DNA of 63,495 nucleotides. Source: Catajapyx aquilonaris (Eukaryota). Where the stretch lies: contig JYFJ02002069.1 in assembly GCA_000934665.2 (NCBI GenBank), positions 1-63,495 of the forward strand, read 5' to 3'. The translations under genes were made by a program, and so were the position numbers. Below, piece by piece: positions 50,311-63,495 of this stretch (positions are counted from its first letter, which is position 1; the number at the start of each line of letters is the position of its first letter). Under the pieces are notes generated by a model. It did not search any database, had not been told where the DNA came from, and was given only the letters and a program-made list of their open reading frames with translations.

Positions 50311-53300
50311 AACCTCCCCACCAAACCCCCTTCGTCACGCGCAGCTGCTGATGCGGGCTGGATATTTTCCACGCCCTCGTTGGGTCCTTCCTGTCTCCCA
50401 GCCATGTACCATGTGCACATAATGTATTCGACTCAGGCTCCAGCCTTGCGGGGGAACAGCAGCCCTTTTTCAACCCTGCAGATAGTGAGACGCTTTGATG
50501 CAACAAGGAGATTAAAACGGGGTCATGCATGACCTGCATTGAATGTGGACATACGAGTATTTAAAAAAGAAAATCAATAGTCATGTGATACAGCAGTAAT
50601 CAGTGGTTGCTATGGCGGCAGCGATTATACCGCGCATATCGCTGTGCACTGTAAATGAAATCCTGCAGAGAGAATAATGGAGCTGATGACGGGGGAGGGG
50701 GGGGGAGTGGGGGAGTGAATGCGCAAAAAAATGGGCCGACTGTAATAGGTCGAAATTAGAGTGGGGTTGGTGGGTTGAGGGTGATTCTGGATGCAAAAAC
50801 AGGAATTTAATTTAGGGGCCATGCGCAGTGGTGGGCATTAATTTCAACGGTACCAAACTGACGTAGAGTGTCGCATATGGGAAGAGGCAATTGTATGGGC
50901 GCATGTGCTGTTGCAGGGATACTACCTGACAGACATGGATGGGGTGGAATGTATACATTATTTATTCCTATTTTTGGATGGGGGGAAGGGGGGGGGGGTT
51001 GCTTGCGGGGGAATGATCGATCTAATGGTGTTCTAATCGAAACTAGCGTGCACTATATTTCGAGTGTCAGGGGTGGGGGGAAGAGGAGCTGTTTTTTGAT
51101 GTAGTTGGGCACTTATTGATTTACAGATTTGTATCGGACAACTTACAGGAATTTTTGGGAGTGGCTTTTGGGCCTTGAATTCCTGTGGGAATATTGGGAA
51201 TAGGTCGCAGCTAGTGGCTAGCCTGTGTTGAAGGTCAATCCGATGTTGGAAATAACTAGGGTTTCCGCCTGAACAAACATGCATTGCCAAGTCCTTGAGT
51301 GACTTTGAATGTCCTTGGATAGTGCAGATAGTGGGTCTCAAAATATTCCCTGCGTAGAAAGGTGCAGGGGATGTCATTCATGTATTGATCAACTGACTGG
51401 AGGATCAATTTCTGTCATGCAGATGTGTTTGTGGGGAATTAAGAAGCCGTATGTAATTAGTATAGGCGTTGCAGGTTGAGCAACACCAGTTAGTTATGTA
51501 TCGACAGCTACTAACGTCAATGGATGAATTAAGAAAGTACCTTCAGGTACTAATTTTGTAAGGTCTTTCTGTTTGCGTTATAGCGTTAAAAAGACTATCA
51601 CTGGGCGTGTAACTTACTGAATTAGTAACTGGCACCGGAATTTTAAAGAGAATACTGTGCAGTTAGATCTATCGATCTTCCAGCAGTATTTTTGAAGCAG
51701 TTATAGAGAGGACCTTCTAAATTGGAATCAATGAACCGGGGCTGCTGCTTGTTATGTTCTCTATTCCAGCTGAGTACTCACAATATTACGACTACACAAT
51801 GCAACATGCAACTGCCACAGGTGGGACAAATTGTGTTGATTCTCGTTCTGTTGTAATTATTCCTATAACTAGCTATTATAGTGATAGGCTGATAGCAAAT
51901 TGCAACATTCTGGTGAACTGAATATTGACTTGAACCGTTGAACGGAATATAGTAACAAGTTGAAACGGTATTGGGTCGAATTGAAGTTCTCAACAACTTC
52001 ATTGAAATTAATCCATTACGAGATGTATGCCGCCCATTACTCACTTCAGTAACGAAACTTCGTTACTGAACGCAACCTTTTCTCTCTCTTTTGTCCTGAT
52101 GCATGCCGTGAATGATTATTATTGGCTGTCACGCCTGTCAGTTCCTTGCTCAGTGTGACCCCCAGGGTAGAGCATAGCGGGAAAGGACAGATTGGAGGGA
52201 TACCGGACAGGGACGATGGCCTAAAGTTACTCAGGTCACATGACCTCCGAAGAAGGGAAGGGGGGGAACGCGCTGTCAAAATGGGAACCCCTGACTATGG
52301 TGGCGTAAAAACAACAAAACATAAGTAGCACAACCGCCGTCACTGATGTTCAAGCTTATCAGAGTGCCCGTTCAATGATACAGAGATGAGGACACATATA
52401 GGATTCCTTTATGGAACCCCCTTTTTTTGGTTTTTATTCCCGAGTATTCTGACTTCTGTTGTAGGAAGTTCATTGACCATCTGTAATTTTGTGTTAAGGA
52501 CTAGATATTACGCATTTCTAACTAAATTTCCACTAATATGTCTTGTTAAGAATTTCAAGTCTTCATTTCCTACATGAAAGATTGCATCCGTTCTCCTTAT
52601 TCATAACCTGATGACGACTCCACGCAACTGCATGGGAACCAGCACATACAAGACAGATCTGGACTTGAAATGTACGCATGATCAGGAAGTAGCACAGAAA
52701 AGCACGACTGTCTGACTGGACATCTAGCAACCTGATCCTTGACAGAAAATAAGCCAGTGTGAAGCTGGCTTTAGTGGAAGAGTTTGGCGTCAGGAAGTGT
52801 TCAGGAAGTTCTAATATCTGCACTTATTCAGACTCGAATCCAGTGCAGGCATTGCTTATATTGCCTATACGTTGCGCAAATGGAAGAGGTTCTGGGATCA
52901 GTAAGGAAACAACATGGTCCCTGTGTCCTTGACCGGCGATATCTGTACATTATGCTCTTCTCTGTCACCAGAGACTGAAACAGAAACGGGGTGCTCAAAG
53001 ACTCAACAGAGAAGGGCTGAGGACAGAGCACCTGCATAGACAACTTGCATAGATTCCGTATACCCTTCCAGTCGTTTCAGCAACACAATCGCAACTTGAA
53101 TGAGTACACAATCAGAAGGCGGATGCAGTAGGTGCCACTGTTATGTTAATTTCTGTCAACAATGTTTCAACATATTTTTTTGGATGTAAATTGTGTCAAG
53201 ACTGATAATTTATGTGAGGTGATTTTATAGGATTATCTTTTGCATCTCGGGNNNNNGCTCAAAATGAAGTGTTTTCTACAGTTATGTCTTTCAGACCCAC

Positions 53301-54144
53301 CCCCCCCCCCCACCCCCCATTCCTTCCTGAGCTTTGTTTGCATGTAAACTAGCAATAGTAGCAGTTGGTCTGGGCAGGACGTAGGCGCGGAAGGAAGGCG
53401 ATAAGGAGATATGAAAAACAATATTGGATTGAACAAAGTAAAGAGTTCATGTAGCACCAATTCATTTATTGACTTTCTTCATCGATGATGACTACTTTTA
53501 GGTTCAGTTGCATGGCAGCCGGGTAATACTGTATTTCTGCTGAAAAAGTCACATAAACAGAATATACTCTATGGCGTCTATGCCATATACTGAAATACAA
53601 TGCATCAGCCAGTGTGCTGACACAAAAGAGAACATTATCAGATTATGTGCGTTTAGATAGCGTGCAGGAAGCCAGCTCTGTCCGTTTCCGACAGTTGCAC
53701 GGTCTCGTTCGGACCGGTTCTCCGTATGTTCCATCAATTCCCACCCACATTATTTGACGTAATTTGAGCAGCGTATTGGTGCCATTATTGGTCGGACTAA
53801 GAACCCGTCAGGAGGCATATTTTGAGTTTTGCAGTGCCATTTGTTCATTTTATACTGATCACTCTGCTACGGACTAACGTAAGTGAGGATCCGTTTTGAC
53901 CTGAGACGTCAATGTCTGTGGGATACAAAAAAAAAAACGTTCCGAACGAACAATCGTGATGTATGTCGACTAAAATGTTTCAATTGGTCACTCAGATTCT
54001 TCTCCTGAGGTTCTTCACCAAGGACATCGCTGAAATGACACTCGTACTCACCTAGGCTGCCCATAATTCTGAAAAGTAGGCAATAATGACAAGTGAGGCT
54101 CAACCAAGGAGCAATAGGAAAACGGGACTGTTCTAAATACTGTA

Positions 54145-54313
54145 CTGCCGTTCCAACGCGTAAAGCCCTATCTACAAAACCAGTAAGGACGAAGGTCGCG
54201 AACAAGCCCTGCACCTTTCACCCCTGGCTCAGGGCGGATAGGTGCAAGGCCTGTTCGTGACCTGCGTCCTTACTGGTTTTATAGATAGGGCGTTTCTCGT
54301 TGGGACAGCAGTG
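54145..54313. mobile_element. ~170-bp hairpin MITE
   Basis: Arms CTGCCGTTCCAAC...GCCCTATCTACAAAACCAGTAAGGACG...TGCACCT and AGGTGCA...CGTCCTTACTGGTTTTATAGATAGGGC...GTTGGGACAGCAG; TA flanks. Confidence 0.75.
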
Positions 54314-54410
54314 TATATTAGGAAATGCATCTTGCACCTCGAAACCGTTATCGTACAAATTGAAATGGCATCTTCATTTGTCAGTGCACGGCGAAGTATA
54401 GGAATGATAC

Positions 54411-54480
<70 letters not shown>
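54411..54480. repeat. (TAG)n microsatellite, ~23 units
   Basis: Perfect AGT repeat; it explains the poly-Tyr ORF 54486-54229. Confidence 0.97.
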
Positions 54481-55675
54481 ATGCACTTTTCCTTAGAAGA
54501 GTTTGGTTGATATTATTGGCATCACATCTTCAAACAATCTTCACACATACAACAAAATATCAACCATTCTTCTGGTTCCAATTTACCTAATCAAATTCAT
54601 GGGACAAGTTGTGCCAGTGTATAGTTGATATCTTTATTGACAGGTACTGGAGGTATCATCATGAAAAATAAAAATACAGAGAGCCAAGTTGCTGCGAAAT
54701 TTGAACCACTGCAGTGGGTTTAGCTACACAGCAAGAAGAAACCTAGCCCATTCCGAAATTGGTCAACTAATTGTTAATCCATATTGTTTATCGTTCGTCA
54801 TACTGGTATGGTTCCTTGTTGACATGAAACCAAATGTTCAACCATCTGAATTGGTGGTACTGTACCTATCAATATTTACTTGTGGGTCAGTTCCAGAATG
54901 AGTAATGTTTCTTCAGTGGTCTGTAAGTAACCCCACAGTGACAAAATGCATAAACTGTAGACCTTCCACTTCACAAAGTGAACAATGCAGGATGACATTT
55001 ACAAATATCGAAGTGTTATAAAAATACAAAACTAGGAAAACGCTCATTGCCCCTGAATTACTCTCACCTCTTTCCTGAAGTCAGAACTTGAGTGTTGTAA
55101 TGATGCCTCAGAACAAGGAGGGAACAAGGACGGTGTTCATTGGTTGATCTTACTACTTGGGGAGAGAGAATCTGGCTGGGTGGAACAGCTTCTCTCTCCC
55201 CAAGCAGTATTTCTTCCAGTTTATTTACATGAGATGACTGGGAAGTAACTGATAGTCTTATTGGTCACACAATCCAAATCAATTAAATGGAAGGCAGAAA
55301 TTTGACAGCACCCATTAGGCTTGGCGATTAGGATCAAGTTACCAGTAAGGGTCACAGTAACTGCTCATGTCAAAGGCTTCCAACTGAAGTTCAAAAGATT
55401 CATGGCAGTAGCAAAAATTTTAAAGCAATAGTTACATGCCTCTCCAATGGAAACTTCTTGTTTTGTTTGAACTTTTTGGAGCTGCTTCACCTTCTTAACA
55501 CCATATTCACAGTCAGGGGGGGAAAAAGTTAAAACAAAACTGCTTTCAATAATTTCTGGTCCACAAACTTAAAGCATCCGAGTATCTAATATTGCACAGC
55601 ACCACTTAATTTTAATTAAATGCAGTCACCAACATTCCCATTGCACTGTTCAAAGGCTGATTAGGTTCCCACGTG

Positions 55676-58600
55676 TTACCTGGTTATCATTTTCACTGGT
55701 CCAAGAGGCAGCACTCCAACTGCTCCTAGACCCCGAAGGTTTGTACCTGTTGTGTTCCTCGCACTGTCGAAACCTACAAGGGGTATCCCATAACCATTAC
55801 CGTTGTGGTGCAGGCTGCTCAGGGGAATGCAAGAGTAAATCCCCAATTTGGCAAGCTGCTGCCCAATTCCGGCCTGCTTCAGGTCTACGATGGGTATGGC
55901 CAATTCAGACGTCCCAGGCTGTGGTGCACCAGGCACGTCACTGTGGCACTGCTGCCGATGCAACAGTAACGCTTGGATGTTCGGATATGCAGCGTTGCAT
56001 AGATTGCACTTGTGTGGTAGCCTCGCAGCTGCAACTGCAGATGTTTGAGGGGTCTGATGCATTGCCACAAGATGCTGCTGGAGGGTCTCAACACTTGGGA
56101 ACTGTTTGTCACAGAATTGGCACACTTGATGAGGTCCTTGTGACGAGACACCTCGACCTTGCTGCATTTGATATCTTCTGGCTGGAGCTTGTGCTTGGGG
56201 ACCTAGGGATGGCTCCGAAGGTCCCTCACCAGTCAGGTCCACAGTTGGGGGTCTGGGGGGCCTCTCTGGATTACTGGAAGCAGCAGCACTTGTTCGAGAA
56301 GGTGGAGCAGGCACAGCAAACCCACCAGTCCTCCCAGCAGGTATTGCAGCCTGGTTTCCATGGCCTGGGGCACCAGGTTGAGGTGCAGTTGGTATTATGG
56401 ATATGGACGAATTGAGATTCAGGGTGGCTGTTGGCACTGATGCCGTAGTCGGAGGTGCCCTGGGAGCCTGTGATACCTGCCGGTTGCTGGCTTGAGGCTG
56501 CACACCTTCCTTTGAAGCAGCAGGGGTGACAGTAATACCTCTGGTAGCTAGCAACGAGGCCACAGCATTGGCATCCGTGCTCTGCTGCAACCTTTGCTGG
56601 GCTTCCTTTTCTGGAGTCGAACACACACTCAGGGTTATCGAGTCAGTCAAGTGTATAGTGCTCTCAGTCGATGAAGTTGGTCTCGCTGGCTGACCAGTTC
56701 CCATGCTAGCAGGAGTTGGCGAGGCACCCTCCACATTCTGTATCACAGGTAAACCTTCTGATCTCTTCTGAACCATGATGATCTCGCATTCTGCATCGTT
56801 CTGTCGGTTCGGAATGCCCAAGTCAACATTCCTCTGCTTGGGTGGTGGTCCTGGCCTATTTGGCACTGCAGCTCTCTTTACTCCTGAAGGGTTCCCATTA
56901 GGCGACCCTTGAGACACTGATATCAGATTAGGAAGTGACCGTGGTACTCCTTGAGGACCAGTTGGCCTCTGCAGGCTCTGGGCGAGTATCGAGTTTGGTC
57001 CCATCCCACGCGGCATTTGCTGCTGGTACATTGGGCCAGGAGGGTGCCCCTGAGGGTACGCCTGACGAGGATGCATACCCATCATAGGTTGCTGGGCATA
57101 CTGAGGAAGTGGTGGCCTCATGCCCATGGGCATCATCCCTTGAGGGTGGTGCTGAGGGCCCATATTCATCGCCTGACGTGGCATGCGAACCATATTTGGC
57201 ATTGGAGGGTTTGGAGCACGGTGTAGTGGTGGGAGACGCGTTCCGGGACGCATCAGATGTTGCGGCGGCGGCTGCTGCTGTGGACCCAAAGCCATCTGCA
57301 GCTGGGATGGACGTGGGGCAGGATTGTAGGTGGGATATGGAGGAGGATGCCTTGACTGGGGGTGGTACATCATCTGTTGAGGGGGAGCTGGCTGAGGTAG
57401 TTGCATCATAGGTGCTTGCTGCTGGGGCATGACAGTATTTGATGGTCCTCCGTTTGGAGGCATCATTGTGCTTGGCACTTGTGTCGAGTTGGCTGGCAGC
57501 GCCGAGTTGGCAGGAAGCACAGAGTTGTGCTCATTTCTAAGGTGGTTGCTAAGCACCTCGGCAGACTCGAACTGCATCCCGCAAGTGTTGCAGTTCCATT
57601 TTTGGGTTCCACAACGAAGATGGGCGGTGGAGAAGTGCTTGTGTAGCTCTGGGCTGGAACCGAATGTGGCTCCACATGAATTGCACTTGTGCTCTATTGC
57701 AGAAGCTGCAGGCGGCGTTGGAACACTTGGTGATGATGCCTGATCGGCTGGGCTGCGGGCAGTGTCTTGGGCTGAAGTAGGCCTAACTTGTTCTGTGGTC
57801 AGACATGTGTTACCCCCACTCTCATCAGTGCTGTCAGAAACGCCACCACTATTTACCGCCTCTGAACTTGATAAACTTGGTACACCACTTGAACCATTGG
57901 ACACTGAATGCGGTGATGAAATCAACCCAGTATCAGCCAGGCTGTCCAGACTTATAAACTCCGTCTCGTTCGACACTAGACTGAGTCCCGTACTTTTCTC
58001 TCCCATACTTAACGTGTCAATGGTTTCGTTTATGTCTGCCGCAGGGGCAGACACACCTTCCACACTGGACACCATATTATCCTGGACCGATTCACCCTCC
58101 GTCACACATGCAGCAGATTCACAGGCGTCTTTCGCTTCATCCAAATTCATATCCTTCTTTTCCGTGACCGTCTCGACCTTTCTATCAGCAGAAGGCGAAT
58201 TGCATTCCCAACCCTCTCCGTTGATACCTAGTACTTTCCTGGACTTCCTGGATCGACTGTCGGGCTTGCTCTTCGAGATCTTCGCGTCACCAGACTGGCT
58301 GAAGCTGATGGTCAGCTTCAGGCCGCGGTGCTTGTTGCGGTTGCGCCCTTTCTTTGCCACGATGTAGTACTTTTTAAGGTCCTTCTTAGACAGTCGTTTC
58401 ACAGTCACGTTGGGTAGTGTGACGTGGGTGTGCAGATGGCTGTAGAAGTCGTACCAGCTGTCAAACTGGCTGATCTTGCACTTGTCACACTTACGAGGGT
58501 ACACTTGGAGGTCTTGCTGCAAGTGGTTTTCGTTTTTGTCACTTCCACCAATAATGTGCTTTTTGTGTATGTGCACAGACAGTTCCTCCTGATCTTGAAA

Positions 58601-58779
58601 ACGAGCGTAACAAATATGGCACTCGATGCTGTGTAGGATGTGAGTCAGCATATGCTCTCTAAACTGTGATAGGGAAAGAAATCGCTCCGTGCACACATTG
58701 CATTCCTCCTCAAAACCTATTTCAACAGGATCTGGCACTGCGGATTCCTCTGTGCCATCTTCTTCCAATTGCAAGCTGC
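55676..58779 (-). CDS. Large exon of a C2H2 zinc-finger protein with a Pro/Gln/Met-rich low-complexity centre; upstream exon(s) not located
   Basis: >1030-codon ORF after acceptor ttttgtttcag (phase 1). About 7 CxxC-x12-HxxxH/C fingers in three clusters (e.g. CNVCTERFLSLSQFREHMLTH, CNTCGMQFESAEVLSNHLRNEH, CQFCDKQFPSVETLQQHLVAMH). Confidence 0.9.
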
Positions 58780-59199
58780 CTGAAACAAAAAGTAATACTG
58801 GTCAAGTAACTCCTGTGTTTTCTCAGTCATAATATCATGATTACCCATAAGTGCAAATTTAGGGCTCGTTGTATGAGCTCAAGCGTCAGGTTCAGGAATG
58901 GATTTGCGCTTGTCATTAATCATTGGAAACAATGAAACTGACTATTAAGAACACGGAATATATTTGGACCTGAATTTTGTACTGGTGGATCCGTCCCTCT
59001 AACGGCACAGTTTCTAGCAACTTTGAAGAACAACTAGTATTGTGTTTCATAGGGAGGTCATACTCCACAGGGACCATCAATGGTGCCGTGACTTACCTTA
59101 TTTCCGACGCTCCTACGGCACACCAGTATAGCGACCGAAAGACTCAGTCTGACCTGTATTACCACACATTGTAAACAATCTCTCCAAAATCACACAAAT

Positions 59200-59489
59200 T
59201 TTACAGGGAATACATCATGGAATGTCGCAGTGTCAGTAGACAAAGTGGTCAGCCCAAAAAATAATGATGTGTCCTCCATCACCCCTGACATGTCGGAGAG
59301 AACTTCGGAGGAGGGAGATTATCGGCTTAAAACAGTGATTGCTACTAAAAGGAGCACACGGCTACTGCTTTCTTTTTTACATAAACTTGATGAGTGTACC
59401 TTCGCATGTGTACAATTTCGACACCATCGTCCAGTAACTTGCGTAATGGTAGCGAGTTGAAACTAGGGAGGTTCATTGTGGACACCCTG
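59200..59489 (+). mobile_element. 3' remnant of a Tc1-like element (left boundary approximate)
   Basis: RLKTVIATK (ORF 59230+) resembles the Tc1 C-terminal RLxAVIxAKGG motif; followed by terminus GACACCCTG|TA. Confidence 0.5.
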
Positions 59490-59497
59490 TATATGTA

Positions 59498-60654
59498 CGA
59501 GGGCTAGTCGGAAAGTAAGTTTCGCGATGCTACAGTTTCGACGCCATGCGACGGACAGGGGTAAAAACGAGCATGAGCAGGTACGTTGATCCTTCCTCTA
59601 CTTTATATGATGGGTCGGTGCCTTCTTGCAACTTCTGAGCAGGCGCAGCAGTCGTCGGACGAGACCGAATGCGGCGAGTGGCTAGCCGAGCGTGCCCACC
59701 ACATTCTGCCAGGAAATGTCATGCCAGACAAAAAGTGTTGGTCACATGGACTGAGAAAGAAGTTAGGACACCTGAGGACACCTGAGGACACTGTCGGTAA
59801 CTGCCGTGGCCGGTAATCCGGGTCTCTGGTTGTCCTTTACACTCGCGAGCTTATTCCAAAGTTGCTGGCACCATGTCGCCGCACGATTTGCTCAGATATG
59901 ACATCTCCCGACCATACCCTCCACTAGCCAGCGATGAATGTCATATGTCATAATATGTCAAATATAGGGGGAGGCACGGTGGCCAAGATGGTAACGTCTC
60001 AGCTTGCAATGCGAAAGGTCCCGAGTTCAAATCCCCACCCGGGAACAAACCTTTCGCTTGTGTCAATGGGTCGTGACCCGCCCCTAAGGAGGCGTCTTGG
60101 CAACCTGACCTACTGCGGGACTGCACCTGGCCCACCGCTGGACAATGCACCTGCACATGTGTCCCCTCCCCAAATCCCCAACCCTTGCCCTATTTCCTAG
60201 TAATCCTTGCACCAGGTGATCGAAGCAAAAACAATTAGAAAACTGTATGGTGGTCTGCCACCCACCCTATAACGAGTGTTGTATCACGGGGTAAATAAAA
60301 TAAAAAATAAAATAAAATAAAAGATAAAATATGTCAAATATCGACCACTGGGGTAGCGAACATCTGCCCTCCATTCTGCTTTAGTTCATGTGATCAACAC
60401 TGTCTGTCTGGCACAAGGCACAAGGGTCTGGCATGAATTTTCCTGGCGGAATGTGGGCGGGCACGCTCGGGTATCCACTAGGTCTCGTCGGACGGCTGCC
60501 GCGCCTGCGCAGAAGTTGCAAGAAGGCGCCTACCCATCATATAAAGTAGAGGAAGGATCAACGTATCTATGCCCACGCTCGCTTTTATCCTGTCCGTCGC
60601 ATCATTGGCGTCAAAACTGTAGCATCGCGAAACTTACATTCCGACTAGCCGTCG
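59498..60654. mobile_element. mariner-type MITE with ~230-bp TIRs, carrying a nested SINE
   Basis: TA|CGAGGGCTAGTCGGAAAGTAAGTTTCGCGATGCTACAG ... CTGTAGCATCGCGAAACTTACATTCCGACTAGCCGTCG|TA. Confidence 0.88.
59966..60327 (+). mobile_element. tRNA-derived SINE, ~360 bp
   Basis: A box TGGCCAAGATGG, B box GAGTTCAAATCC, (TAAAA)n tail, and a 14-bp TSD AATATGTCAAATAT at 59952-59965 and 60328-60341. Confidence 0.9.
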
Positions 60655-62193
60655 TATATTATTTTCGGCCTTTGCACACATAATAGCAATAATATGAATA
60701 CCAGAGCGTTGTTTTGAGTGGCATCGGTAAATAAGGGAAATTTAGCACTCACAATAGGAGCCTGGATGACTCGCAATATTTAAAATTACTTTTTACACCA
60801 TGAAGACAAAAATCTCCTTATAGGCGCACTTTGTCCAGCAGATGAATGTATACATCTTGATGGCTGACAGCTCTGTCTCTACACCGCTTACAAACCTGAA
60901 GGGCCTTAAAATCATGCCATCGATCCCAGTGAGCCAATGGCAGGGGAAACTTCTTGCCAGCAGCCAATAGCACTGGACAATATGATAATGTGGCCAGAAG
61001 CAGTTTCATATCAAGTAGGCCCCCCAACTGCATAACTACAGTAATTCCAAATGTTTGTGTCATCCGTGTCCAAATGTACTATAAGCGTGTACATAACTTG
61101 GAAAACTCCATATTCGTTAGCGTGCATGTAGGAGGGGCAATACCTACTTCATAGCGGGCTTAGATACAATTAGCTAAATCCAATTCGTCTCGTAACCATT
61201 ATTGGATTATTTTATCACTCTATCGACTAGAAGCTATCACGGTCGATACATTGCGTAGGGAGCCCAAGGCTCCCCGAAGAAGAGAGTTCAGGGCCATATG
61301 CGAATTTACAGTACCGTACATGAAAGGACTTAGTCATATTTTATGCATGTGACAGAATAATCCTTTTGTGGCGATAACATTTTAATAATACCATTATTAA
61401 TTATATCCAAGTACTGCCACAAAAAATTACTTTTAACAGTGTAGCCCCTATACCACTGCAGTATAGGCAGGTCTTATGGTTTGGCATTTGGAGTAGCAGC
61501 ATGGGGAAACAGTGGGACTCTTCAGTGCCAGGTTGCCCACTCTTAGGTCATTTCGAACGCACTGTACTATAACAATATATGGACTTCCCACTCAATTGAG
61601 CAATCTCATAAGACTTCTTTGGAGGCATTAAGAACATTTCCAAAGGGTAACCAGAAACTGAATTAATGGGCACGTGTAGCGATCCTTTACTTATTTCAAA
61701 ACTTTAAAAATGCTCACAGCATAATCACTTCTGACTGGGGACAGTCATATTGCAGCATGGGACGATAGGTTTTACTGGCGTGCCTAATTAACCCTGGGGG
61801 TTTCGAGAAAAACCAACGCTGGTGCAATCCGGCCTAAAAGTAGACACAACTGTTCGAAAGTAACTACGTAAATAATCAGCTTATGACAAAAATCACTATA
61901 CTACTGCAAACTGTGCAACATGCGGAAAATAAGTAGGCTATATTTTGTGGGAAGGAGCGACTCTCCTGCAGACTTTATCCCACTAATGATTCAACTTGCC
62001 ACATAAATAATGCACCTTGCTTCCTGCGATGGTTCAACGTGTCCTCCAATAAGTTTTTACCTGCCTGCAGACCTAATAAGGTGCTCCAATTAGTGAATAA
62101 CTGGAAGATTGTGCTGTTGATGTACAAAGCTTCAACAGCCATAGCAATCTGCGCCAAAAATGAAATTTGTTGGAGGTAAAATTCACATGTTAA

Positions 62194-63427
62194 AGGGACA
62201 CTCCACTCAAAATACAAGTTGTGTTCTAAAAATCGGGCAAGGAATCCTGATTCCGAGGGTATAAGCAATTTTTCTGGGAGACGAACGGTAAGGCCAGGGC
62301 GAGAGGTCAGATTCGTAAAATAATAGTCTCCCGCCAGCGAGTGGAGACGCCTGGCAGACACGCCAACGCCTCGTGGCGGCCAGACGGATCACCACACATC
62401 AGTAGCTATTTTCTAGCACTACTAGCAGCTGCAAGTAACTGCTAAGGACAAGTCTGTCGCCTAGGCCAGTGCATGCCACACCTAATTGTCTAACGACAAA
62501 ATGACTAATGGTGTAGCCTGGCAGACAATAGTGCTTCATATCGTCGGTGATCATGCAAAACCTCGTATCTTCCATTGGTTTTTGCAGGAGATACGAGGTT
62601 TTGCATGATCACAGACGATATGGGAATTAGTCATTGAAATAGAGCCATCTTCTGGGCCCTAACACATATTAGCTGCTATTCTGAAACGCGTCGCGGTTAT
62701 TCTAAGATGGCGCAGCCCAGTGTTTCGTTCCGGGACGGAATGTAATGGAAATGAGTGCGGCTCTTGGCTCTGCTGCTGCGATGGAGGGTGCCCAGGATGG
62801 ACATGGTCCCTCCTGACCAGGCGGCCCCCAATCCACTACGCATGGCCTCCTACCCTAGCAGTTGGAGTGGAGGCACTGCTGGTGCTAGTGCGGATGACCA
62901 ACATACTGATGTCGGCGATGATGAGTTCGTTGGGCGGCACCCGTACATGCCGTACTTCGAACGATGATTATGACGAGGTCGATGAGAGCGATGGGGACGA
63001 CGAGGACAGATGCGTCATGTTCTGTCGCCTGTCAGGCAGGCTCATTGTTATTTGGATATGCGGACTATAAACAGATATGTTGGTGTCCCATCTGGTTTCA
63101 CTTTCCACTCCTCAACCACTCACGTGGGCCAAAGTCACACTTCCGTGCGAAGATGACATCACCACTAATCTTCTGGGTCGGTGGAAAGGTAGAGCACGAT
63201 CCGTTTCAAATCCGCGCCTACCGCTCTCTAGTTCTGCCCTCACCTACCCTCAGAGGGTGGCGTCGCCACCTGCGCCGAGCCGTTTGAGCGCGGTTTTCGA
63301 ACGACACACTTCCAGCCTTCGCCCTGACCGTACCGTTCGTCTCTCAGAAAAACTACTTATACCCTCGGAGTCAGGATTTTTTGCCCGATTTTTAGAGCCC
63401 AACTTGTATTTTGAGTGGAGTGTCCCT
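62194..63427. mobile_element. Kolobok-like non-autonomous DNA transposon, 1234 bp
   Basis: TTAA|AGGGACACTCCACTCAAAATACAAGTTG ... CAACTTGTATTTTGAGTGGAGTGTCCCT|TTAA, with ~110-bp imperfect TIRs. A TTAA TSD with purine (AGG) termini fits Kolobok/T2-MITEs rather than piggyBac (CC termini). Confidence 0.8.
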
Positions 63428-63495
63428 TTAAGAGGGCCGGGTACCTGGCGACCGCGCCACTTTTCAGGCAAAGCGAGGAGAAAAACGGGTGCGGA

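Noticed and set aside
50238..50539. Poly-Gly ORFs and a potential G-quadruplex
   Set aside because: They derive from a homopolymer containing an N, so its length is unreliable.
54229..54486. Poly-Tyr ORF
   Set aside because: Translation of the (TAG)n microsatellite.
55741..58367. Long plus-strand ORFs (224 aa and 201 aa)
   Set aside because: Antisense shadows of the ZnF exon.
59967..60045. Possible tRNA gene
   Set aside because: The acceptor stem is poor, and it continues into a body, A-rich tail and TSD, so it is a SINE head.
1..63495. CRISPR arrays or prokaryotic defence operons
   Set aside because: No regularly spaced direct repeats; the genes are spliceosomal and eukaryotic.

Overview
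Eukaryotic genomic DNA, intron-rich and insect/pancrustacean-like; there are no prokaryotic systems or CRISPR arrays. Six spliced protein-coding genes were reconstructed by hand from GT-AG junctions and frame continuity. In order: the 5' end of Vps8 (-), a complete 11-exon Enhancer of zeste E(z)/EZH2 (-), PAK1IP1/Mak11 WD40 (+, divergent from E(z)), ERK7/MAPK15 (-, convergent with PAK1IP1), a FAM110-family gene (-) and a 3.1-kb exon of a Pro/Gln-rich C2H2 zinc-finger gene (-). Introns and intergenic DNA hold many non-autonomous DNA transposons (Tc1/mariner, piggyBac, pogo/Tigger, hAT, Harbinger-like, Kolobok-like) and one tRNA-derived SINE. The most unusual structure is in the E(z) introns: a 1.8-kb piggyBac and a 1.5-kb Tc1-like element, each with two ~650-700-bp inverted arms that both carry transposase coding sequence; a 358-bp near-perfect hairpin nested in a mariner; and two back-to-back perfect palindromes. 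Family assignments come from motif recognition, not database searches, and identities were judged by eye.
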